Origin: Octopus bimaculoides
Lineage: Eukaryota
NCBI RefSeq assembly: GCF_001194135.2
Contig: NC_068983.1
Coordinates: forward strand, 49,656,298-49,706,148
Reading direction: 5' to 3'
Length of the DNA stretch: 49,851 nucleotides
Of this stretch, positions 23,126 to 34,486 are shown in pieces (the first letter of the stretch is position 1; each line of letters begins with the position of its first letter). The notes below the pieces were generated by a model. It worked only from the letters and a program-made list of their open reading frames with translations, was not told the DNA's origin and did not search any database. The translations under genes and the position numbers were made by a program.

Positions 23126-23505
23126 CCAACACTCAAAAGGATCTCAGCCCAATGCTCAAAAGGGACTTCGTGAGGCCTACTGCTCAAAAGGGACTTTGTG
23201 AGGCCCACTGCTCAAGAGGGACTCAGTAACTTTTCCTCCATGAAGCCCAACACTCTAAAGGAACTCAGCCACCTTATCTCCATGAGGGCCATCACTTGTA
23301 AAGAACTCAGCCACCTTGCGTCCATGAGGCCCAATGCTTGAAAGGAACTCAACCACCTTCCCTCCATGAAGCCCAACACTTGAAAGAAACTCAGCCACCT
23401 TGTCTCTACGAGGCCCAAGACTTGAAAGGAATTCAGCCACCTTGTCTCTGTAGGGCCCAATACTCAAAAGGAACTCAGTCACTTTACCTCTGTGAGGCAC
23501 AATGC
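23119..23505. repeat. 42-bp minisatellite (~6 units plus 28-bp deleted variants), RTE-derived
   Basis: Unit ~GGAACTCAGCCACCTT(G/A)TCTCCATGAGGCCCAA(C/T)ACTTGAAA. The ORF track shows a 14-aa period (RWLSSFQVLGLMEA). Confidence 0.9.
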
Positions 23506-23556
23506 CTCATGGTTAGTAGTAGTAAAAGTAATATGTTTTGAAATGTTTGTTTCATC

Positions 23557-23594
23557 TAAGTTTCAGTTGTCAAGCGATGGTGGGGAGACAAACA

Positions 23595-23629
<35 letters not shown>

Positions 23630-23762
23630 GCACACACACACACTGATATGCACAATGGGGTTCTTTCAGTTTCTGTCTACCAAATCTACTCCCAAGGCTT
23701 TGGTCGGCCAAAGGCTATAATAAAAGACACTTGCCCAAGGTGCCACACAGTGGGACTGAACC
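23557..23762 (-). mobile_element. SINE family C fragment with (CA)n
   Basis: Matches 46640-46830. Confidence 0.8.
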
Positions 23763-23774
23763 TGACAAGGGTAC

Positions 23775-24227
23775 ACATGTGCACGTGGTGGGAACCTGTG
23801 GAAGAGGTAGATCCCAGGAAGACATAAGATGAGGTGGTGAAGCATGATCTCTGAAGGTAGGGCCTCATGGAGGTGATGACAAATGATTATGACCTTTAGT
23901 AATTTGCTGTGCTTGAGAAGACTTGTGAAGCCAAGTGAAATCGTAATTGTGGCGACTGCTAGTGACACATTACAGCATTCATGCCAGTGATATGTAAAAA
24001 CACCTGTGCTTGTGACACATAAAAGCACCTGTGCTTTTGACATGTAAAAGGCATGTAACACCAACCACTCTGCAAGTGGTGTTAAGAAGGGTATCCAACT
24101 ACAGAAACCAAGCCAAATTCAGACTGGAGCTTGGTGTAGCTCTCCAGCCTGCTATTTCCAGTCAAGCCTTCTAACCCATGCCAGCGTGGAAAGCAGATGT
24201 TAAATGATGGGGATGGTGATGACTGAT
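23775..24227 (+). mobile_element. 5'-truncated RTE-clade LINE: ORF C-terminus, 3' UTR and GAT-type tail
   Basis: Translates (one frameshift) as VVGTCGRGR/PRKT*DEVVKHDL*R*GLMEVMTNDYDL**FAVLEKTCEAK*. This matches the RGRPRKTW..V..DL...GL....DR..WR C-terminal motif of RTE reverse transcriptases. The 3' UTR matches the family R tail. Confidence 0.8.
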
Positions 24228-24385
24228 GGGATTCTTTTAGTTTCTATGTAGCAAAAATATTCACTAGGCTTTGGTCAGCCCAGGGTTGCAGTAAACAACA
24301 CTTGCTCAAAGTGCTGAGCAGTGTGGTTGAACCCAGGACCACATGATTGGAAAGCAAGCTTCTTAACCACACAACCATGTCTGCT
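24228..24385 (-). mobile_element. Old SINE family C head
   Basis: GGCTTTGGTCAGCCC...TTGAACCCAGGACCACATGATTGGAAAGCAAGCTTCTTAACCACACAACCATG. Confidence 0.75.
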
Positions 24386-26134
24386 GCTATATATCTGGTT
24401 TAAATGGGTTGCAATCTTGTTATAAATTAGCTTTTCAGATTTATATATCCATAGACAGTCTCATTAATATCTAATGGGCAGAATATAAGCAAATCAGAAA
24501 ATATTGCTTAATAACATCTATTTGATTTCAATTTAGATGCTTTCTGAATTGTTCTATGAAATTTTCTGGTATAGGACTTAAGCTAAAGAATTTTATTTGC
24601 CAATAATTCACTGAAAGATTTCTTAAAATTTGATCATAATAGCAAATTATTGATTTCTAACTTTGGCATGAAAACTCCAATTTGAAAGAAAAGAAATAAT
24701 ATTACTAATTGAAACAATCTCCAATGTATTTCTCGTACTTATTTTATTAACTTCAACTGGATTGAAAAGTAAAATCGACTCTAGTGGAATTTGAACTCAA
24801 AATGCTTAAAGAAATAATTGGATATTAGCAGGCATTTAAGCTTGGCACTACAATTTCTATCACTCCAACACATTCTTAAATACAAATTATCACTAATTCT
24901 TACTTATTAAAATTACTTATATTAAGTAAATATTTTGCTATTTATTGTCTGCAACATCTTCCAAACAGGAAACAGATAAGAGTCAATGTACATATACTCC
25001 CTTAAGATACATATTTGCTTGCTAGTAATTAACTATAATTATTTTTCAAATTGAGAAATAACACAGTTTAAATGATAACTTGCTTTAAGCTATTTTTACA
25101 TTTGAGAAACAATATTTTGCCTCTGGATTAAATTAATTGAAGGAAACATGTTTAATCAATTCCATTTAAATTATTTCTAAAATAATCTTTGCAATCAAGA
25201 AAATGGAAAGAAAACATTGCTGTGGTAATAGCTAGATTTTGTTTATTTCACACATAAAAGTTCACACATACACACACAAAGATAAAGCAATCACTATAAA
25301 ATTATTATGAATTTAAAATCATTTTTCTTTCTCCAATCAGTCCCATGTTTCTTTTTCCTTCCTCACTAGCTGTTGATAAGTATTTCAGAAAGATGAATAA
25401 GCTGTTCAATTTATCTTTTAACTACTTAGTAGTAGTGTGGGGTGAGGTATGAGATAGTGGAAGAAAGAGACTAGGACCAAATGCTCATAAGAGAATTTCG
25501 GATTAAATTTCACAAAAGATATTCACAGGGCTGTCGTTAAGGGGTTGCAGGGGGCCTCGATGGCTGAAGGGGCCCCATGTTAAGATCAAAGTACATAGAT
25601 GTGACACATATTTACTTTGGTTAAGATGTTGAACAAGAATCATACTGTTTGTAATAAACCTAAATAAATTTAACTCATACTTTTAAAGATGTTCTTTAGG
25701 ATAACGTGAAATATTGAACTTAAGAGAGAATAAAGTAAAATATAGCTATGAATAAAAGATGCGTGGATTAAGAATTTTGTTTGAAGGGATGGGGCCTTGA
25801 AACAAAATGTTGCAACGAAGCTGGATATTCAAGGACTACTTGGTGTTCAGAGCAAAAACTGTTGGAACAAATATGACAAAACATCTCCCCAAACATCATC
25901 GGTTCTACTAATCCACTGCCATTGAATGGTTCTGTTCTTTTTTTTCTTTTTTTTTTTGTGTCAACTCTAAAAGGATGGAAGACAAAGTTGACCCTAGCAG
26001 AGACATAATCTCAACTCTGATTGTACAGAATCAGAACAAACAGCAGAACTCCTCATCTCTTAAATATAGAACTGTATTATCCAGCTTTGCTGTGCATTTA
26101 CTGTTGCTATAGCAATTTGCCTCTTTATGTGGAA

Positions 26135-26286
26135 TGGTTGGTGTTAGGAAGAGCATCCAGCTATAAAGACAATTCCAAAACAGACAGCAAAGCATGATGC
26201 AGTTTTCTGCCAGGCCAGCTCCTGTCAAACCATCTGACCCATGCCAGCATGGAAAGCAGACGTTAAATAATGACGACGACGATGAT
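26135..26286 (+). mobile_element. RTE-type 3' tail (family R)
   Basis: GTTAGGAAGAGCATCCAGCT...CCCATGCCAGCATGGAAAGCAGACGTTAAATAATGACGACGACGATGAT. Confidence 0.75.
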
Positions 26287-26766
26287 TTTGGTCTTATGTG
26301 TGACTTTTTTTATTTGCTTTTTTTGGGTTGATGAGAGAATCTAAGTTAACGGAAAACCATTTCTAAAACACCAGGAGTCAAGCATTTTCGTCCAAAAATG
26401 TTGTCTTTCAGTATTACAAATTTTGAACTTGCTAAACTCATGCTTAAAAATCAATTAACCTCTTTCTTTAAAATGGAAAATAAGTGATGTTTACACAAGA
26501 AATATTTCAAAGTTTAATTTTATTATCAATGAGGATAAAAGTGTTAATGATGTCTTTTGAAGGCAAATAAGTTTAATGCTCTTTCAACAGATTTGAAATG
26601 GAATATAAACTCACAACCCAGTAAACATATAAGTTGTGGGGAATAAATATATTTTCTTCAATCTTAGGAACAGTATTGTAAATTTAGATAATTTTGCAAT
26701 AGCTAGAATGTGTTGCTTTCATGAAATAGTTTACAGTGAAGTCATTGGAAATAAACATTTCTGCTG

Positions 26767-27168
26767 TAGGCACAAGGCCTGAAATTTGGAGGGTGGTGGG
26801 ACTAGTCGATTACATCGACTCCAGTGTATCACTGGTACTTAATTTATCGATCCTGAAAGGAAGAAAGGCAAAGTCGACCTCGGTGAAATTTGAACTCAGA
26901 ACGTAGCAATGGGCGATATACCGCTAAGCACTCCGTCCAGCATGCTAACAATTCTTTTCTACTCTAGGCACAAGGCCCGAAATTTTGGGGGAAGGGGGCC
27001 AGTCGACTACATCGACTCCAGTGTATCACTGGTACTTAATTTATTGACACTGAAAAGATACAAAGTAAAAGCAACCTCCGTGGAATTTGAACTCAGAATG
27101 TAGCGATGGACGATATACCGTTAAGCATTCCATTCAGCATGCTAACAATTCTGCTAGATCGGCACCTT
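26767..27168 (-). mobile_element. Tandem dimer of family A SINEs (26767-26954 and 26955-27168)
   Basis: Two units sharing the variants CCAGTGTATCACTGG, GATATACCG and CAGCATGCTAACAATTC. Confidence 0.87.
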
Positions 27169-27260
27169 TAGTCATTTGAAATGAAGAGTGTAATAACTCT
27201 TCTTCATGAACGCAATATTATGTGCAAGATGACAATTTCTGGCCATTTTGCTTTGTAACT

Positions 27261-27430
27261 TAGGAGTAGCCATGTGGTAAGTAGCTTGCTTAGCAACCAC
27301 ATGGTTCTGGGTTCAGTCGCACTGAGTGGTACCTTGGGCAAGTGTCTTCTACTATAGCCTCAGGCCGACCAAAGCCTTGTGAGTGGATTTGGTAGACGGA
27401 AACTGAAAGAAGTCTGTTGTATATATATAT
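27261..27430 (+). mobile_element. SINE family C head
   Basis: Matches 20499-20640. Confidence 0.85.
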
Positions 27431-27504
27431 GCTGAGACGCTCTTCGGTCATGACTAACCATGGGATTGCACCTAGAAAGTTACCCTCCCAGGCACAAGTC
27501 CAGG

Positions 27505-27656
27505 TTTCTTTCAGTTTCCATCTACCAAATCAATTCACAAAGCTTTGGTTGGCCCAAGGCTATAGTAGAAGACACTTACCCAAGTTGCCCTGTTGTGGAA
27601 CTGAACCCAGAATCATATGTTTGCAAAGTAAACTTCTTACTACACAGCCATGCCTG
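27505..27656 (-). mobile_element. SINE family C head, inverted relative to 27261-27430
   Basis: Reverse-complement homology to the neighbouring copy. The spacer 27435-27504 matches 36395-36465. Confidence 0.82.
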
Positions 27657-28149
27657 AAAAGAAATTTAATCACGGCAACAAAATGAAAAACTTCAGTTAG
27701 TAATCCCTTTTCTACCATAAAAAAACAAAAAAAAATTAATATTCAGATCAAATTTACAACTTTGTTTTGTCATTTGAGAAGCATGAGAATATAGTTAAGG
27801 AAACATCTTTTATTCGTAACTGCATTCTTCACTTTATAGATTTATAATGTAATGTTTTTAATGGTGTACCTGAAAACGTGCTGATGGGCATCTAGAGGAA
27901 GAAATATCATTGCTTCTACGTTTCACTGTTAGAAAGAAATGTTAAAAAAACTATGGAATTCTCATGAAAAGCAAATTATCAATTGATCATGTTATAAACA
28001 TATATGACCTTTAAGTTCATCTTGCCTATGGGTTTTATATATAAATATGCTGTGATTTGTCTGTCTTGCTGGTAATGTAAAGTTTTTTTTTTTTTAATAA
28101 CGAAAACGGAATCAAATGCCAAATGAAAGAACATGTTAATGACTTCCTA

Positions 28150-28279
28150 TAAAACTGCTTATATATACAGATGCATGCACACAAACGTATACACATGTAT
28201 GTATATTTATGTATTCATAAATATATATGTATTTATGTGTGCACATGTATATGTATGTATATATGTACGTAGACATGTG

Positions 28280-28349
<70 letters not shown>

Positions 28350-28570
28350 TATATACATATGTATATGATTATGTCTGTGTGTGTATATATAGATATATAT
28401 GTGCATGTATATATATTTATGTGTTTATGAGTGTACTTATGTATGCATATATGTATATTATGTATATTTATACATAAATATACAGACACCATACACAGAC
28501 ATATATAAGTATATATGTATATGTATATACTTATATATATGTGTGTTTGTGTGTGTGAGTGTGTGTGGCA
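28150..28570. repeat. Compound (TA)/(TG) microsatellite field
   Basis: Direct reading. Confidence 0.93.
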
Positions 28571-29599
28571 TGCAGAATGGGAAAGATGTAACATAAATCT
28601 TGGCTATAAGGCAGGGCATCAATGGATTGGATGAATTTGTGTTTGCAAACATCATGAACAAGATTTACACACTAATAAAAACTGAAAAACTCAAGAATAT
28701 TCCTCTCACTAAAAGGAAATGAATACATCACAAGACTAGTAAATAGAAGAAAAAAAAAACACGTTTAATGAAGTATAAAAAAATGTATGTGGCAAAGTTA
28801 ACTTAATAATGTAAAGCAGAAAAACATTATTTAGAATAATTTTGTTTGTCCGTCAAACATTGCATTATTTTATTTCTTCAAGAACAGTAATTTTTATACA
28901 GGATTGTTCATGATCAAGTTAAGATTATCATATTTTGTGACATCTGTTTATAGATTAAGTCCGATGGATGTGGTAGAAATAAAATAATTTCCTAGTGAAG
29001 GATTTCAATGTATTTTGAAGCATTAAAGAATAAAACTTATTGCTTTCTAGGAAACTACACAAATGTTATTCACTTGGTCTGTTTATTATAAGATTCAGTT
29101 TAAGCTACAGGTTACTACATAAAGTTTCAGTTTAAATTAAAAAGATTTTCATGTCAAAATGACAATGAAGCAGCAAGTATTAATTCTTACGAGACTTAAG
29201 CTAAGTTATAAATTGAGTCACTTATATAACTAACTGGATCATTTGAGATAAAACCATTATCCAGGATAGTGTAGCATTAAAAAGACAGCTTATATATTCA
29301 GAACAGAAAGAGAACAAAAGGAATGAATGGAGAAATCGAAGGCAGTAAATTTTAGAGTTAGTACAAATAAAATTTGTTTATTATTTAGTTAGGATTAGCA
29401 ATGGGAATAAAGAAATAACTTAAGCAATATTCCTGGTAAAAATTTGTATAAATTAAAAAGAATGAAGAAAAATATATATGAAAGAAAAGACAAATGACCA
29501 TATCAAGAATTTAGAGAAATTCTGAAAGGAAAATAGAAGCATTGATATGATAATAGTCAAATACATTCTGTGACAATTGCACGTATTTGAAAATGTATC

Positions 29600-30298
29600 A
29601 GGTGCAGACATAGCTGTGTGGTTAAGAAGTTTGCTTCTCAAACAAAACGTTTTGGGTTCAATCTCACTGTGTGGAACCTTGAGCGAGGGTCTTCTACTAT
29701 TTCTTTGGACTAACCAAAGTCTTGTGAGTAGATTTCATCTTCATCATTTAACGTCCACTTTCCATGCTAGCATGGGTTGGACGATTTGACTGAGGACTGG
29801 TGAACCAGATGGCTCCACCAGGTTCCAATCTGATCTGGCAGAGTTTCTACAGCTGGATGCCCTTCCTAATGCCAACTACTCTGAGAGTGTCGTGGGTGCT
29901 TTTACGTGCCACCGGCATGAAGGCCAGTCAGGTGCTACTGGATATATGGAAACTAAAAAGGGTCTGCTGTATACATGTGTGTATGTATATGGTCGTGTAT
30001 GCATATGTGTGTGTATGGGTGTGTATGTATGTATGTGTGTGTGTGTTGTGTGAATGTGTATGCTTGTGTCATCTTGCCTTGCTATTGTATGATGGTTGTA
30101 CAAGACTGCCACTGTCATACATGCAGTGTTATACATTTACAATATCCTGTGAACACATGTTTGGCCAGGGCAAAATAGTACTTTCGTTGTAAATAGATGA
30201 AACTTAGCAACAGGAAGTGTATCCAGCCAGAGATAATCTGCCACGGTAAACTCAATGAACCCATACAAGCATAGAACAGCGGATGTTACAAATTAATG
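29600..30298 (+). mobile_element. Old SINE family C with RTE-type tail, interrupted at 29736-29938
   Basis: The head ends ...GTGAGTAGATTT at 29735 and resumes GGATATATGGAAACT at ~29940. The tail is like that of 1820-2051. Confidence 0.72.
29736..29938 (-). mobile_element. Family R 3' fragment nested in SINE C
   Basis: Near-identical to 13410-13610. Confidence 0.87.
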
Positions 30299-30789
30299 AA
30301 AAAATAAATAATATTTGAAGAAAAAATGTATTTAATTAACTACTTGCATGTATGTACAGGTAACTATTCCTTCATTTACCTGTTTTAGTTATTAGCTTCA
30401 TGCACTGGTTGATGAGAGAATCTTAAAAGTGACAAGAGAATCATTATTGTTGATAATGTAGGTTAGAATTGAAATGGCAGTGGTATAGACATACCAAAAC
30501 AATGGATAAATGGAATTGATTAAAGATATACAATAATAAAACAATCAAATACAATAGGCAGAAAAGTAAGATGATGTTTGAGATGTCTTTATTAATATAA
30601 AGTTGTAATTATTTTAGGTGACATCTATGAATGAGAATATTCAATCATAAAACTTCTATTATATCTCATACCATGAAATATTCATACAATAATCAATACT
30701 ACTAAATAACAAAAACCTTCTTGAAATTTCCACATAAAGATTTCAATGATTTGACTAATACTGTCAGCTAACTTACATTGATTCAGCTA

Positions 30790-31346
30790 ATATTGGTTTT
30801 AAATTTTGGCAGAAGGTCAGCAATTCTATTGGAAGGGGCAAGCTGATTACATCAACCCCCAGTATGCAACTGGTTCTTATTTTGTTGAGTCTGAAAGGAT
30901 GAAAGGCAAAGTAGATCTCTGAGGAATTTGAACTCAACGTCACCTTACTGGCACTTGTGCCAGTGGCACATGAACAAAACATTCGAGTGAGGTCATTGCC
31001 AGTGCCGCTGGACTGACTCTTGTACAGGTGGCATGTAAAAAACACCATTTGAGCGTGGCCGTTGCCAGTACCGCCAGACTGGCCCTCATGCCAGTGGCAC
31101 GTAAAAGCACCCACTACACTCTCAGAGTAGTTAGGGTTAGGAAGGGCATCCAGCTGTAGAAACTCTGCCAAATCAGATTGGAGCCTGGTGCATCCATCTG
31201 GTTTGCCAGTCCTCAGTCAAATCGTCCAACCCATGCTAGCATGGAAAGCGGACGTTAAACGATGATGATGATCATCATCATAAAGATGGACAAAATACCA
31301 CAAAACATTTTGCTTAATATGCTACCAACTCTACCAGCTCACTGCC
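30790..31346 (-). mobile_element. Old family A SINE split by the R insertion at 30938-31277
   Basis: Body to GAATTTGAACTCA (~30935), with the head remainder ending CCAGCTCACTGCC (~31346). Confidence 0.6.
30938..31277 (+). mobile_element. Family R element, 3' portion with (GAT)n tail
   Basis: Reverse complement of 13395-13700 and 40376-40620. Confidence 0.87.
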
Positions 31347-31377
31347 TTTGATTCAACAATTATTAATGGTAGTGTTT

Positions 31378-32022
31378 AAGATGGCGAGCTGGTAAAATCG
31401 TTAGCACGCCGGGCGAAATGCTTAGCGGTATTTCGTCTGACTTTATGTTCTGAGTTAAAATTCTGCTGAGGTCGACTTTACCTTTTATCCTTTCGGGGTC
31501 GATAAATTAAGTACCAGTTGCATACTGGAGTCGAGCTTAATTGACTGGCTCCCTCCCCCAAAATTTTGAGCCTTGTGCCTAGAGTAGAAAAGAATCATTA
31601 GCATACCTCACGAAATGTTCAGTGGTATTTCATCTGCCATTACACATTCTGAGTTCAAATTCTGCTGAGGTCAATTTTGCTATTCATTCTTTCTGGGTTA
31701 ATAAAATAAATACCAGCGGAGTACTGGGGTCAATGTAATTGACTTAGCCCCTCCCCAAAAATTTCAGGCTTGTGCTTTTAGTAGAAAAGATTATTAATGG
31801 TAGCATTTAGGACAGTGAGCTGGCAGAATTATCAATGTGCCAGATAAAATACTTGGTGGCATTCCATCCATCGTTACATTCTGAGTTCAAATTCCACAAA
31901 GGTTGACTTTTCTTTCTTTTGGCGGGGTCAATAAAATAAGTACCAATTAAGCACTGGGGTCAATGTAATCAACTTACCACCTCCTCTAAAATTGCTGGCC
32001 TTGTGCCAAAATTTGAAACCAA
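31378..32022 (+). mobile_element. Head-to-tail array of three family A SINEs (31378-31592, 31593-31790, 31809-32022)
   Basis: Three B-box units at ~200-215 bp spacing. Confidence 0.87.
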
Positions 32023-32639
32023 TATTATGGTAGAGTTCTTATCATGTAACTTCTCTCACCTCCATCCCCATATGATTAATTTCGTGTTACAAACCAATCA
32101 CTCATTTCTTAACTAATGTAGCTAATTTAATCCTTAATTTTAGTTTCTAATTTAATTTCGATTTAATTTAATTTTAGAAGAGCTAGAGGTGAGCACTAAT
32201 TTCTTGTGTTAACATTCTAATGAACTTATCCTCTGCTCTCTTTCTTTCTCTTTCTTCCTTTCTTTTCTTTCATTATTTTAGTTCCTTTGAAATCTCATCG
32301 ATTAACTTTTGACAACTGCCTGACCTATCAGGGACAGAGATGCTATCCAGGTTTGTACTGGATCAAAGAAAATTATGTCCCTAATCTTCATTACCCATCG
32401 ACTAGTTTTATACCTATAGCAGACAGAAACACACATAAACACACACACATGCATGCATGCAACCAGGGACAGATCAAGACCCATTGAAGCCCTAAGCACT
32501 TAAAAAAGATTTTGGTGCCCTCATAAAAGATTATGCAATTCAAAATATAAACACTAACCCACCATAAAATAAATTTCTATTTTTCAAAATGAAACAAAAC
32601 AGAAAGAGGGAAAATAATGTTTATCTTTGTATGCTTCCA

Positions 32640-32850
32640 CTTTATTTATATTTGAAAATCTCCTTCTACTTTTTTGAATTGCAAAGTTCTTGATTAGATC
32701 CTCAGAATTAATCTTATGTAACACATCTGCATTTTTACTAAGTAGAGGTAAAGGCATCCTGAATATTATTTTAGCAAGTTTAAAGTGATTTCTTTTGTGC
32801 TGTAAACCATTTACCATTTCTGTGGTGCCCCCCTTCTCTTGATGCTCCAA
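32640..32850 (-). pseudogene. hAT transposase C-terminal (dimerisation-domain end) relic
   Basis: The ORF-track peptide LPLLSKNADVLHKINSEDLIKNFAIQKSRRR resembles the hAT C-terminal consensus L(A)LLSIE.D.L.KI.F.D.I..FA..KSR(R/K). GGTGCCC motifs occur at 32515 and 32825. Confidence 0.55.
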
Positions 32851-34088
32851 GCACGTGCTTATTTTGCTTAATGGTTAATCCAGCACTGCACGCAACACAC
32901 ATTGTTGTGAGTGAAAAAAAAATACCAGTGGATTTATCAGAATCAGTAGGGTACCAGACTTAATATTTTATGTATCTTTTTTATATAACACTTTATTTGG
33001 AGGACTTACCTCCCACCAAGTTAAAATGACTACCAGTCAAGCACTGGAATTGATATAATCGACTATCTGCCTAACTTGAAATTTATAACCCTGAACAAAT
33101 GTTAGATGCAATTATTAATGGTTGAAGAAAAGCAGATTCTTAACGTCAGCTCATTTCTTTGCTCATTTATCAATTTTTTGTTCTTTTCTGATCAATATAT
33201 GTACAGCTTAAGGCCAATGTAGCCAGCCTTGCAAATAACCCTTCACTGTTAGGCAGGTTATCTTATCATATAAAAAATGGATTGGGAAGATTTATTTTCT
33301 TGTTGTGTTATCAGTATACTTTTTTTTAGTGGAATAGATAGATAAAAAGTGCGAGAAAGAGTGGGGGGGGGGAGAGAAAGAAAAAGTGGGGGCAAAAGAG
33401 AGGGCTAAAGAGAAAAGTTTGCTACTTACTTCGAAAGTGTCTTCTATATATTGTTTTTTGGGGATCAATTATTAATTTGCCAGTGATTTAATTTTCTGGA
33501 TGGTAATAGTTTCTCTCCGTATGTTGTCAATCAAAACTAAAAACAAAGCTGCAGGTTGCTTATCAATTTTAGATAGAAAAAGCCATTTTCACTCTGTAGC
33601 AGTATTTCATAGAAAATATATTCTTGTTCACTTAATCTAATTTGCTATCAGACAACCATGATTTATATTCATCGTGAGTGCAGTCATGGCTGTGTGGTTA
33701 ACACATCTTCTTTGCAGTTATCTGATTCCATGTTCAAATCCTGCACCTTGTGAGTGGTATTTGATAATGGAAATTCTAATGAAGTCTACCATCCGTTAGT
33801 TTGTTTTACATCTGATTTTCCATGCAAGCATAAGTTGGATGAATATATGTTGAGACAGTATTTCAACAGCTGGATGTTCTTTCTGTCACTAACCCATAAC
33901 TGTTTTCAAAGTAATGGCGTGTTTATTCCACTTGTCTTTTAAAACACAGAGATACAGGACAATTTGTTAGCAGGACAGCTCAATAAATGATAAGATATTT
34001 GGCTCCAGTTTTCAATATGAGGATGCCAGAGGTAACCATACACAAAAGTACAAAGTCATCAGCACTTACAGACACATTATTTACTTGT

Positions 34089-34374
34089 ATTATTTACATT
34101 ATTTGCATCATTTACATTCGATAGATATTTGTCCTCATCTTGTTTGTTGCTAACACAACATTTTGGCTGATATACTCTCCAGCCTTCTTTAGGTGTCTTG
34201 GGGAAATTTCGAACCTGGGTTCTCATTCCGAAGGTATTTTTCGATTTTATTATTATTATTATTATTATTATTATGATTATTATTATTATTATTATTATTT
34301 AGATCACTGCCTAGAGTTGAACTCGGAATCTTAGGGTTAGTAGCCCACGCTCTTAACCACTATGACATATGCCA
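34089..34374 (-). mobile_element. SINE family H, full length; decayed hammerhead-like motif at 34152-34197
   Basis: Homologous to 4363-4857. Motif sense GACAC-CTAAAGA-A-GGCTG-GAGAGTATAT-CAGCC-AAAAT-GTT-GTGTT. Confidence 0.87.
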
Positions 34375-34375
34375 G

Positions 34376-34452
34376 TGGCATAGTGGTTAAGAGCACAGGC
34401 TACTAACCCCAAGATTCCAAGTTTGATTCGAGGCAGTGACCTGAATAACAAC

Positions 34453-34486
<34 letters not shown>

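Noticed and set aside
23119-23505. CRISPR-like or repeat-protein gene interpretation of the 42-bp array
   Set aside because: Eukaryotic context, contiguous degenerate units without unique spacers, and a traceable RTE origin.
25528-25830. CAGGGCTG...GGGGCCCC motifs suggesting a hAT-type MITE (also AGTTTGGTGACTCTTG at ~11545)
   Set aside because: Only one terminus is identifiable in each case, with no matching TIR or TSD.
28133-28661. Y/I/M/C-rich ORFs (also 20465-20817)
   Set aside because: Microsatellite translations.
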